Shown: positions 27,940 through 36,999 of the stretch, piece after piece | Layout: the number at the start of each line of letters is the position of its first letter | Position numbering within the stretch: position 1 is the stretch's first letter | From: an uncultured Gammaproteobacteria bacterium | GTDB lineage: Bacteria > Patescibacteriota > Microgenomatia > Levybacterales > GWA1-39-11 | Assembly (NCBI GenBank): GCA_964427615.1 | Contig: CAYRUR010000001.1 | Span: 219,241 to 283,240, forward strand | DNA length: 64,000 bases | Reading direction: 5' to 3' | The notes under the pieces: generated by a model | What the model saw: the letters and a program-made list of their open reading frames with translations, nothing else | Databases searched by the model: none | What the model was told of the DNA's origin: nothing | Translations under genes and position numbers: made by a program

Positions 27940-30165
27940 ATGAATATTCTGCCCTTTCTGAAAAAAACAAAAGAAGAAAGAGAATACTTTCTTGCACTTA
28001 TTCTGAAGCAAAACAGAATCGGTGCTATTCTCTTTGAAAAGACTGCAAAAGGACTTGATGTGCTTACCTCCTCTGATCAGGAGCAGAAAAATCTGCAAAG
28101 CTTAACCGATGAGGAGCTTATTGAAGCATCTGATGCAGTTATTTCCACTGTTGAGAAAAGCCTTCCTCCTCACATAGATCTTAAAAAAACCATTTTTGCT
28201 ATTCCGTATACCTGGCAAGATGAAGGAAAAATAAAACCTGAAAACCTGACAAGATTGAAGAAAGTGTGTCAGGAATTAGATCTTACACCAGTTGGTTTTA
28301 TTGTCTCTATTGAAGCTATGATTCATGCCCTGCAGCAGAAGGAGGGAGCCTCTTTATCTGCTCTGTTTGTGGAAGTAGAGAAAAAAGAGGTTCATGTTTT
28401 CTTAGTAAAGAACGGAAAAATACTGCAAGTTAAAAATGGAGAATGGCAAAGCTCTGTGGTGGATACCGTAGAAAAACTACTAAAAGATATAGAAGAAGTT
28501 GAGGTGCTTCCTCCCCGTATTTTTTTGCAAGATGATAAAGAAAGTCATGCTATCCAGCAATCATTTTTGCATCACAGTTGGCCAGCAGACCTCCCCTTTT
28601 TACATGTTCCACAGGTGATTGTGTTTGAAAAAGGGTTTGAAAACGAGGCACTGATTCATGGTGTAGCCTCTCAAATGGGAGTTGAGATGTCTTTTGCCAA
28701 ACAAGACACTCAGCCTGCTGAGGAAGAAAGTGTAGAAAATGCAATTGAGCCAGTCGAAGAGCTTGAACATATTGATAAACAAGCCAATTTTTATAAAGAA
28801 GTAGATGTGCGATTTGAGAAAGCTCCGGTTGAAGAGGAAAAGGAAGATAAGCCTGAAGCTTCTTTTGCGCAGGAAAGCAGCAGTGTGCCTACCCATGCTT
28901 TACCCTTAGCAGAAGAAACCTCAGAGAAAAAAGAATCTTTCCTAAAAAAGATACGGACATTAGCTATCGTGGGAAGTCTTAAAGAAAAAATGAGTAGTAT
29001 CTCTCTTCCTTCCTTTTTAGGTGGGTCGAATATGCGTCTTAAAATTGGAGGAGGTATAGCAGTAGGCATACTTCTATTAGTAGCTTTTGTGTATTCCTAC
29101 TATGCCTTTATAACTCGAGCGGAGATTGTGCTTTTTTTGGATAAAAGAATGGTAACAGAAGAAGTGCCGGTAACCTTTTCTACAGAAGATGAGACCTCTG
29201 TAGAAGATGCAGTTATTCGTCTTGCTACTACCTCTCAAGAACTGGAAGGCTCAGCCAAACAAAAAACAACCGGTAAAAAAGAAACGGGTGAAAAAGCAAA
29301 GGGAGAAGTGACTATTTATAACAAGACTGATGAACCGCAAACAATTGAAAAAGGAACTATCCTTAGTTCTTCAAATGATTTAGAATTTGAGACATTAGAT
29401 GAGGTAAAAGTTGCCTCGACCAGTTCTTTTTCTACTTCATTTTCGAGTAGTAAAGTAAGTGTCGAAGCAAGAAAATTAGGCAAAGAATACAATCTCCCTT
29501 CTGCTACTAACTTTACGGTTGAGTCTTTTTCTTCCTCAGAGGTGTTTGCGAAAAATGACTCTGCTTTTTCAGGAGGTTCTAAAAAAGAATTAAAAGTAGT
29601 GTCTGAAAAAGATTTAGCAGATCTTGAAGAAGCTATTGAAAAGCAATTGAGTGAGAAGGTATCGTCTTCTTTATCAAGTGGTGAAAGTGGCGATACAGTT
29701 ATTCCTGCTATTCTTGCGACAGAATTTGTAGAGAAAAAATTCAGTAAAAAAGAAGGAGAAGAAGCAGAGGAAGTATCTCTATCAGCAAAACTGGCCTTTG
29801 AAATTGGAAGATATAACGAAGAAGATTTAGAAAGCTTTGCCCAAGAACTAACCAATGAATCTATTCCAGAGGGGTATACCTATGTAAAAGATGAATCGCG
29901 TATTCAAATAGAAGATGTAGAAGTAACAGAAGGTGCGATGAATGGGGTTTTGGCTGTGGAGGCAGTGTATGTACCTGCACTTGAAGTAGACACTTTAGCA
30001 AAAGACCAGCAAAGAAAGAGTAAAAAAGAGGTAGAAAAGCAATTACAGGAGCTAAAAGGTGTGTCTGATGTTACCGTAATTTTGAAAAACCAGTTGCCAT
30101 TGTTGCCTGCATTGCTTCCTTTTAATGCCAAGCATATTATCATTCAAACGAAAGCTCATGAGTAA
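27940..30165 (+). CDS. Bitopic membrane protein: N-terminal cytoplasmic domain of about 350 aa, one TM helix, and a Ser/Glu/Lys-rich exodomain
   Basis: Its start abuts the alaS stop. The TM helix is GGGIAVGILLLVAFVYSYYAFI. The N-terminal domain has a weak actin-like (FtsA/PilM-like) appearance, which is speculative. Confidence 0.55.
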   Translation: MNILPFLKKTKEEREYFLALILKQNRIGAILFEKTAKGLDVLTSSDQEQKNLQSLTDEELIEASDAVISTVEKSLPPHIDLKKTIFAIPYTWQDEGKIKPENLTRLKKVCQELDLTPVGFIVSIEAMIHALQQKEGASLSALFVEVEKKEVHVFLVKNGKILQVKNGEWQSSVVDTVEKLLKDIEEVEVLPPRIFLQDDKESHAIQQSFLHHSWPADLPFLHVPQVIVFEKGFENEALIHGVASQMGVEMSFAKQDTQPAEEESVENAIEPVEELEHIDKQANFYKEVDVRFEKAPVEEEKEDKPEASFAQESSSVPTHALPLAEETSEKKESFLKKIRTLAIVGSLKEKMSSISLPSFLGGSNMRLKIGGGIAVGILLLVAFVYSYYAFITRAEIVLFLDKRMVTEEVPVTFSTEDETSVEDAVIRLATTSQELEGSAKQKTTGKKETGEKAKGEVTIYNKTDEPQTIEKGTILSSSNDLEFETLDEVKVASTSSFSTSFSSSKVSVEARKLGKEYNLPSATNFTVESFSSSEVFAKNDSAFSGGSKKELKVVSEKDLADLEEAIEKQLSEKVSSSLSSGESGDTVIPAILATEFVEKKFSKKEGEEAEEVSLSAKLAFEIGRYNEEDLESFAQELTNESIPEGYTYVKDESRIQIEDVEVTEGAMNGVLAVEAVYVPALEVDTLAKDQQRKSKKEVEKQLQELKGVSDVTVILKNQLPLLPALLPFNAKHIIIQTKAHE

Positions 30166-30883
30166 GCACTACTACAAAAAAGTACCAAATCCAAAACAGA
30201 AAAAAATGGTCAGGATGGTTGGTTTATCCTTCTTGGGCGTAGGTGCTCTTTCATTTATTTATTTTCTCTTTCCTATTATTTCCTACAGTCTTTTTCTTTC
30301 TCCTGCTTTTGCTTCAGGAGATATAGAAGCTCCTATCCCTCGCTATCTAGTGGCCACAGAAGATAATAGATTTACTACTCTTATCAAGCAAGGTATTGCT
30401 TCTTTAACTTCAGATTATATTGATGCTCGTAACTGGTATCCCCAAATTGCAGTGGAAAAAGAGAAAAAAACAGAAGTAAAGCAATACTCACTTGCTATTC
30501 CTAAGCTACAGATTGAAAATGCTATAGTCTCTACAGTTGATTATGATCTTTCAAAAAATCTTGTTCATTATTACGGTCCAGCTAGCCCAGTAGAAAAAGG
30601 GACGTCTGTAATTTTTGGCCATTCTACACTTCCTCAGTGGTTTGACCCTACCAACTACAAAGCTATTTTTGCTACCTTACATACGATAGAAATAGGAGAT
30701 GATTTAGTGGTTACCGTAGATGGGAAAGCATATACCTTCAAAGTTTTCTCAGTTACCGTAACAACACCTGAAGATGTGAATATTTTTTCTCAATCCTATG
30801 ATAATAGTTATATAACCTTAGTTACCTGTACACCACCTGGTACTACTTGGAAGCGACTTATCGTGAGAGCAAGTCTACAATAA
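30158..30883 (+). CDS. Sortase (transpeptidase) with an N-terminal TM anchor
   Basis: Catalytic His in VIFGHSTLP, TLVTCTPP with the catalytic Cys, and a conserved Arg in KRLIVRA. The ATG overlaps the upstream stop by 8 nt. Confidence 0.8.
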   Translation: MSKHYYKKVPNPKQKKMVRMVGLSFLGVGALSFIYFLFPIISYSLFLSPAFASGDIEAPIPRYLVATEDNRFTTLIKQGIASLTSDYIDARNWYPQIAVEKEKKTEVKQYSLAIPKLQIENAIVSTVDYDLSKNLVHYYGPASPVEKGTSVIFGHSTLPQWFDPTNYKAIFATLHTIEIGDDLVVTVDGKAYTFKVFSVTVTTPEDVNIFSQSYDNSYITLVTCTPPGTTWKRLIVRASLQ

Positions 30884-30884
30884 T

Positions 30885-31118
30885 ATGGAACAGCAAGAAA
30901 ACGCACCATCAAATGCTCGTGATTACTTTTTAGAAGCAGAGGATGAGAAACCATCTGTTTACCGTCAAAAGACAGATACTCTTTTGGGACTTGGTAACTA
31001 TGCTTTTAAGCAATCATTGCCTTTTTTTTACCGAGCATTGAACATAAGTATCTTTTATGTGATAAGATTTATAAAGGCCTCTATAGAACTTATTATCCAA
31101 CAGATACGATTTAAGTAA
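30885..31118 (+). CDS. Hypothetical small protein
   Basis: 77-aa ORF packed tightly between the sortase gene and the phosphorylase gene. Confidence 0.3.
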   Translation: MEQQENAPSNARDYFLEAEDEKPSVYRQKTDTLLGLGNYAFKQSLPFFYRALNISIFYVIRFIKASIELIIQQIRFK

Positions 31119-31120
31119 GT

Positions 31121-32407
31121 ATGGAAGAAAAGCAAAAAGTTGCACTTGAAGCAATACAAAAAAAATTATTGGGAAAAAAGCTGACTTACAAAGAAATCTA
31201 TGCCATCATGGACCAAATTGCTGAAGATAGGCTAGGTGATATCCTTACAACTTACTTTGTGGCATCTGGTTACTCAAATGGATTTACCGATGAAGAGATC
31301 TACTATCTAACAAAGGCGATGATCGAGACTGGAGAAACCTTGGAGTTTGAGGGCACTGTAGCTGATAAACACTCAATTGGAGGCAGTCCTGGAACCAGAA
31401 CTACGATGATTGTGGTTCCCATCATTGCTGCAGCTGGTTTTAAAATTCCAAAGAGTTCCTCGCGTGCTATTACCACCCCAGCAGGTACTGCAGACGTAAT
31501 GGAAGTATTGGCAAACGTTACGTTTTCAAAAGAGAAAATACACAAGATTGTTGAAAAAACAAATGGTTGTATTGTCTGGGGAGGAAGTTTTAAAATCGCT
31601 CCTGCTGATGATGAGATTATTCGTATTGAAGAGCCATTGATGTTTGAGAGTTTTGATAAGATTTTAGTCTCTATCATGGCCAAAAAAATTGCATTTGGCT
31701 CTACCCATGTGGTGATTGATCTTCCCTATGGCAAAACTATGAAAGTACATAGAAGAGAAGATGCAGAGGTCTTGCGCAAGAAATTCGAGTTTTTAGCTGA
31801 CAAATTCAATATTGCGATGAAGGTTTTGGTGCACAAAATAGATGAACCAGCTGGAAGAGGTGTAGGACCGCTTTTAGAAGCGCGCGAGGTACTTTGGGTC
31901 TTAGAACAACATGAGAAAAGATCACAGGACCTAGAAGAGAAGTCCATCCAATTGGCCAAAGAGTTACTTGATCTGTGTTTGCAGGATGCAAAGAAAGAAG
32001 TACAACAAGAAATTGCCGAAAGGTATGTGGATACAGAGGACTGGGCTCGACACCTGTTGTCATCCGGAGCAGCACATACTAAAATGATGGAAATTATTGG
32101 AGCTCAGGGAGGAGATCCTAAGGTAAAGTCCTCAGACCTGAAGCTTGATAAATTTGCGTATGATGTAGAACATGAAGGGCCTTCCGGAGTAATTACGCAT
32201 GTGCATAACAAAAATGTCTCTTTAACCGCCAAAATTTTAGGAGCACCTGAGGATAAAAAAGCTGGTATCTTTTTACATAAAAAAGTGGGTGATAGGGTTA
32301 AAAGAGGTGAAGTATTATGTACTTTGTATGCACAGACAAAGTACAAATTAAAAGAAACAGTGGACTCTTTGGAGATTCTTCCCCTTTTTTCCATTGAAAA
32401 AGGATAA
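31121..32407 (+). CDS. Thymidine/AMP phosphorylase family (glycosyltransferase family 3) enzyme
   Basis: ADKHSIGGSPGTRTTMIVVPIIAAAG...TTPAGTADVMEVL matches the pyrimidine-nucleoside phosphorylase signature. Confidence 0.8.
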   Translation: MEEKQKVALEAIQKKLLGKKLTYKEIYAIMDQIAEDRLGDILTTYFVASGYSNGFTDEEIYYLTKAMIETGETLEFEGTVADKHSIGGSPGTRTTMIVVPIIAAAGFKIPKSSSRAITTPAGTADVMEVLANVTFSKEKIHKIVEKTNGCIVWGGSFKIAPADDEIIRIEEPLMFESFDKILVSIMAKKIAFGSTHVVIDLPYGKTMKVHRREDAEVLRKKFEFLADKFNIAMKVLVHKIDEPAGRGVGPLLEAREVLWVLEQHEKRSQDLEEKSIQLAKELLDLCLQDAKKEVQQEIAERYVDTEDWARHLLSSGAAHTKMMEIIGAQGGDPKVKSSDLKLDKFAYDVEHEGPSGVITHVHNKNVSLTAKILGAPEDKKAGIFLHKKVGDRVKRGEVLCTLYAQTKYKLKETVDSLEILPLFSIEKG

Positions 32408-32428
32408 AAAGGATATGTACATAACCAC

Positions 32429-33385
32429 ATGAAAAAAATAATTATTGTATCTACAGTTATTCTTCTGAGCATTGTTGCAGGATTACTGTGGTGGAACAGA
32501 GGAATGGCTGCAGTGAATACGCAAGACAAGCACGAAGAGGTATTTGTTATTCGTAAAGGTGCAGGACTACGTGAGATAGCCAATGATTTAAAAGAAAAAG
32601 GACTGATTGTGGATCCTACTGTTTTTTTCCTATACGTTAAGAAAGAAGGAAAAGATACCGAAATTCAGTATGGGAGTTTTCGCCTTTCTCCTTCTATGAG
32701 TGCCAAAGAAATTGCCGAAAATCTCACACATGGAACCTTTGATATGTGGGTGACTTTTAAAGAAGGTATTCGGGCTGAGGAAGTGGCAGATATTCTGCAG
32801 CAAGAGTTTCCTCAATTTGAACCCAGTTGGAGGACAGAGCTTATTAAAGAGGAAGGATTTCTTTTTCCTGATACGTATTTAGTGCCAAAAGACGCTACAG
32901 TGGAGACAATCATACAGGTTATGAAAGACAATTTCTATAAAAGGACTGTGGAGTTAGGCTTAGAGAAAGATTCAGCAGAGGAAAAAAATGCAGTAATTAT
33001 TGCCTCACTGATAGAAAGAGAAGCCAGATATGATAATGATATGGGACTGGTCTCATCAGTAATTCACAACCGTTTAGCAGATGGCATGTCTCTTGATATT
33101 GACGCTACTCTGCAGTATGCAATAGGTAAAGGGCACAAAGGGGGTACATGGTGGAAAATACCAGAAGGGGTTGATACGAAATTGGAGTCTCCTTACAATA
33201 CCTATAGAAATCCAGGTCTTCCGCCCACCCCTATTTCCAATCCAGGCTTAAGAGCATTAAAAGCCGCTGTTAATCCAGCAGAAAGTGAATATTATTTTTA
33301 TGTATCAGATGAAAACGGACATCTTCATTTTGCCAAAACCTTAGCGGAACACAATCAAAATATTGAAAAGTACTTGAATAACTAA
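32429..33385 (+). CDS. mltG: Endolytic murein transglycosylase MltG (YceG family)
   Basis: N-terminal TM; LIEREARYDNDMGLVSSVIHNRL and YNTYRNPGLPPTPISNPG motifs. Confidence 0.85.
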   Translation: MKKIIIVSTVILLSIVAGLLWWNRGMAAVNTQDKHEEVFVIRKGAGLREIANDLKEKGLIVDPTVFFLYVKKEGKDTEIQYGSFRLSPSMSAKEIAENLTHGTFDMWVTFKEGIRAEEVADILQQEFPQFEPSWRTELIKEEGFLFPDTYLVPKDATVETIIQVMKDNFYKRTVELGLEKDSAEEKNAVIIASLIEREARYDNDMGLVSSVIHNRLADGMSLDIDATLQYAIGKGHKGGTWWKIPEGVDTKLESPYNTYRNPGLPPTPISNPGLRALKAAVNPAESEYYFYVSDENGHLHFAKTLAEHNQNIEKYLNN

Positions 33386-33405
33386 AAGAATAAACAATTT
33401 GGGTA

Positions 33406-33434
33406 TTGACAAACTTTTCGTATGTAAGTAGAAT
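33406..33434 (+). promoter_or_regulatory. Consensus promoter TTGACA-N17-TAGAAT for rpoBC
   Basis: TTGACA 33406-33411, 17-nt spacer, TAGAAT 33429-33434. Confidence 0.6.
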
Positions 33435-33446
33435 ATGAGTTACGAA

Positions 33447-33480
33447 AATAAGGGTGTATGGTGCCCTTATTATTTTGTTG
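33447..33480 (+). promoter_or_regulatory. rpoB leader hairpin (AATAAGGG/CCCTTATT, 9-nt loop) plus ATTTTGTTG U-rich tract; putative attenuator
   Basis: Perfect 8-bp stem 33447-33454 with 33464-33471, followed by a U-rich run about 30 nt before the rpoB ATG. Confidence 0.45.
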
Positions 33481-33511
33481 TATTAAAGAGTCTCGTCCTT
33501 ATTAGTTCCAG

Positions 33512-36500
33512 ATGGCTAAAACACAAATAATAGAAAGACAATTTTGGGGTAACGATTACAAGAATATTCCTCCTTTGGATTTGCTTGGGATTCAGAAGAA
33601 ATCCTATGAGTGGTTTATTGAGGAAGGAATAAGGGAAGTACTCAATGAAATTTCCCCTATTGAAGATTTTACCGGTAAAAACTGGGAATTGTCTTTGCAT
33701 GGTTATTCCCTCGGCGAGCCAAAGATTTCTGAAGAATATGCAGTAGCAAAAGGTCTCACTTACTTTTCCCCTCTTACTGTTGAAGCCACACTTATGAATA
33801 AAAGAAGTGGTAAGCGGGTAACTCAAGAAGTTTTCTTGGGCGAAGTACCAAAAATGACTGAGAGAGGTACTTTTATTGTTAACGGTATTGAAAGAGTTAT
33901 TATTAACCAAATTGGAAGATCCCCAGGTGTATTTTTCACCGCTACAGAAGATCCTATTACTGGCAAAACCTTATACACTGCTGAGATGAGACCAGTACAT
34001 GGGTCTTGGTTAGAATTCTCAACCACTCGCAACGATATGGTTGTAGTAAGAATTGATAGAAGAAAGAAATTCTTAACCAGCATTTTCCTTAAAGCACTAG
34101 GTATTGATACCAATGAGCAAATTGCAGAAAAATTTGAAGGTATTGAAGGCGCAGATACATTTATCAAAAATACGCTTGAAAAAGATGATACCAAAGGCCA
34201 GACTGATGCCTTGATTGAGATCTTCAAAAAAATGAATCCAGGAGAGCCAATCGTGCTGGACACCATTCGGGAAAATTTCAGATCTCTTTTCTTTGACAGA
34301 AGAAGATATGATCTTTCTCGTGTAGGTAGATACAAAGTAAATAAAAAACTAAATAGACTTCCTAACTTTACTCCTTCAGAAGAACTTACTCTTACTCTTG
34401 ATGACGTTATTGGAGTTATTTCCTATCTTGTAGAACTAACACAAGGCAAAGGAAAAATGGATGACATCGATCACTTAGCAAACCGTAGAATTCGTAGCGT
34501 AGGAGAATTGGTTCAGACAACTGCTTTCAGAGTTGGTGCACTTCGACTTGAGAGAATTGTCAAAGAAAAGATGTCTTTGGCTTCCACTGAGGAAGAGTTC
34601 TCTCCTACTCATTTTATTAATGCCCATCCTATTATTGCAGCCACTAATGAATTCTTTAGAACTTCACAACTTTCATCTATTTTAGATCAAATCAATCCAC
34701 TCTCAGAAATTGACAACTTAAGAAGACTTACCGTTATGGGTACTGGTGGTATTTCACGAGAAAGAGCATCCTTCTCTATTCGTGATATTAATGCTTCTCA
34801 GTATAGCCGTATTTGTCCCGTAAGATCACCTGAAGGTCCTAATATTGGACTCGTAACCTACCTTTCTCTATATACCAGAGTAAATGAGTATGGCTTCTTA
34901 GAAGCACCATACCGCAAAGTTGTGAAAGAAGGAACTGGAAAAAATGTCAAAATGCGCGTTACTGATGAAGTTGTGTATCTAGATGCAGAGGAAGAAGCAG
35001 AGCACTACATCACTCATGCTGATATTACTTTGGATGAGAATGGATATATTGTGGACGATGTGATTCCTGCTAGATACAATACTCAATATCTTGAGACAGA
35101 AAAAGACAAGATTGAGTATATTGATGTTGTGCCACGACAGGTAATTGGAACTTCAGCTTCACTTATTCCATTTATTGACCATGACGAAGCCAACCGTGCA
35201 CTCATGGGTACTCACATGCAATGTCAAGCTGTACCGCTTATTAAAAGTGAAAGCCCAGTTGTGGGAACGGGTATGGAAGGAGCAGTTTCAGCAGCTATGG
35301 GACGTGTTGTCCGAGCTCCATTTGAAGGAGAAGTAGAATATGTTGATGCAGAAAGGTTGACATTAAAAGGAGCAAATGGTGAAAAGGCAAGTTACACTAT
35401 TGAGAAATTCAAGAGAACTTCCCAAAATACCTTCTTTAGTCAAAGAGCTGTAGTATCAGCAGGTCAAAAGGTAAAGAAGGGAGATCTTTTAGTTGATGGA
35501 CCTTCATCAGAGAATGGAGAGCTTGCTCTTGGAAAGAATTTGTTAATTGCCTACGCTTCCTTTGACGGTCTAGGATATGAGGATGCTATTGTTATCTCAG
35601 ATAGATTGGTCAAAGATGATGTATTGAGCTCAGTGCATATTGAAAAATACGAAGCAACTGTAGTTGATACCAAGCTTGGTCCAGAAGAAACCACTCGTGA
35701 TATTCCTAATGTTGCAGAAGATGAACTGGCGAATCTAGATGAAGAAGGAATTGTTGTCATTGGATCAGAAGTTGGTCCAGGTGATATTCTGATTGGAAAG
35801 ATCGCTCCAAAAGGTGAAACAGAACTGACTGCTGAGGAAAGATTGTTGCGTGCTATTTTTGGAGAAAAAGCACGAGAAGTACGAGATACCTCTTTGAGAA
35901 TGCCACACGGTGAGCGCGGAACCGTAATTAGCGTGCAAGTACTTGATAGAGCAAAGGGTGACGAATTAGAGCCAGGCGCTTTGAAGAGAATGATTGTAGA
36001 GGTTGCTCAATTAAGACACGTAGTAGTAGGAGACAAGCTTGCCGGACGACACGGAAACAAGGGTGTTATCTCCAAAATTGTTCCTCAATCTGATATGCCA
36101 TATCTTGAGGATGGAACACCAGTTGATATTATTATTTCCCCAATTTCTGTGCTTGGTCGTATGAATTTGGGACAGCTTTTGGAAGCACATTTGGGATGGG
36201 CTGCTTACAAATTAGGACACAAAGTTGCACTTCCAGCATTTGAAAAAGTTTCAGAAGAGAGAATTTTTGATACCTTAGAGAAAGCAGACATTCCACTTTC
36301 AGGAAAAGTAAAATTGTTTGATGCCAGAACCGGTGAGGCTTATGAAAATGATGTAGTGGTGGGTATTTCCTACATCTTGAAGCTTATTCACATGGTAGAG
36401 GACAAGACTCATGCTCGTAGCACTGGTCCATACTCACTCGTTACCCAACAACCTTTGGGAGGTAAAGCACAAATGGGTGGTCAAAGACTTGGAGAGATGG

Positions 36501-36964
36501 AGGTCTGGGCATTGGAAGCACACAGAGCTGCATACACCTTGCAGGAAATGCTTACTATTAAATCTGATGATATCTCAGGACGTGCAAAGGCTTTTGAAGC
36601 AATTGTTAAGGGTGTTGATATCCCAACACCAAAAGTACCAGAGTCATTTAAAGTACTTATCAGAGAGTTGCAGTCACTAGGTCTTAATATTGTACCAACT
36701 GGTTTGGCAGAACAAATGGAAGAAGTTGTGGAAACAGAAGAGGAATTAGAGCAAGAAGGAGAGGTCAGAGAACAAGCTGAAGAGTTAAAAGAAGCCTTAG
36801 AAAGAGATGAAGAGCTTTCTACAGAAGAAAATGTACAACGAGTAGATGATGATACGTTTGAAGGAGAAATACTGCATGCAGAAGGCGAAAAAACAGAAAA
36901 GACAGCTATTGAAGAAACAACAGAAGGAATAACAGGGGAAGGAGAAGAAGAACCAAAGGAGTAA
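33512..36964 (+). CDS. rpoB: DNA-directed RNA polymerase subunit beta
   Basis: 1150 aa with canonical beta motifs and an acidic C-terminal tail. Confidence 0.95.
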   Translation: MAKTQIIERQFWGNDYKNIPPLDLLGIQKKSYEWFIEEGIREVLNEISPIEDFTGKNWELSLHGYSLGEPKISEEYAVAKGLTYFSPLTVEATLMNKRSGKRVTQEVFLGEVPKMTERGTFIVNGIERVIINQIGRSPGVFFTATEDPITGKTLYTAEMRPVHGSWLEFSTTRNDMVVVRIDRRKKFLTSIFLKALGIDTNEQIAEKFEGIEGADTFIKNTLEKDDTKGQTDALIEIFKKMNPGEPIVLDTIRENFRSLFFDRRRYDLSRVGRYKVNKKLNRLPNFTPSEELTLTLDDVIGVISYLVELTQGKGKMDDIDHLANRRIRSVGELVQTTAFRVGALRLERIVKEKMSLASTEEEFSPTHFINAHPIIAATNEFFRTSQLSSILDQINPLSEIDNLRRLTVMGTGGISRERASFSIRDINASQYSRICPVRSPEGPNIGLVTYLSLYTRVNEYGFLEAPYRKVVKEGTGKNVKMRVTDEVVYLDAEEEAEHYITHADITLDENGYIVDDVIPARYNTQYLETEKDKIEYIDVVPRQVIGTSASLIPFIDHDEANRALMGTHMQCQAVPLIKSESPVVGTGMEGAVSAAMGRVVRAPFEGEVEYVDAERLTLKGANGEKASYTIEKFKRTSQNTFFSQRAVVSAGQKVKKGDLLVDGPSSENGELALGKNLLIAYASFDGLGYEDAIVISDRLVKDDVLSSVHIEKYEATVVDTKLGPEETTRDIPNVAEDELANLDEEGIVVIGSEVGPGDILIGKIAPKGETELTAEERLLRAIFGEKAREVRDTSLRMPHGERGTVISVQVLDRAKGDELEPGALKRMIVEVAQLRHVVVGDKLAGRHGNKGVISKIVPQSDMPYLEDGTPVDIIISPISVLGRMNLGQLLEAHLGWAAYKLGHKVALPAFEKVSEERIFDTLEKADIPLSGKVKLFDARTGEAYENDVVVGISYILKLIHMVEDKTHARSTGPYSLVTQQPLGGKAQMGGQRLGEMEVWALEAHRAAYTLQEMLTIKSDDISGRAKAFEAIVKGVDIPTPKVPESFKVLIRELQSLGLNIVPTGLAEQMEEVVETEEELEQEGEVREQAEELKEALERDEELSTEENVQRVDDDTFEGEILHAEGEKTEKTAIEETTEGITGEGEEEPKE

Positions 36965-36999
36965 GGCTTGTAAAAATGCTTACTTTTCTTTATACTTAG

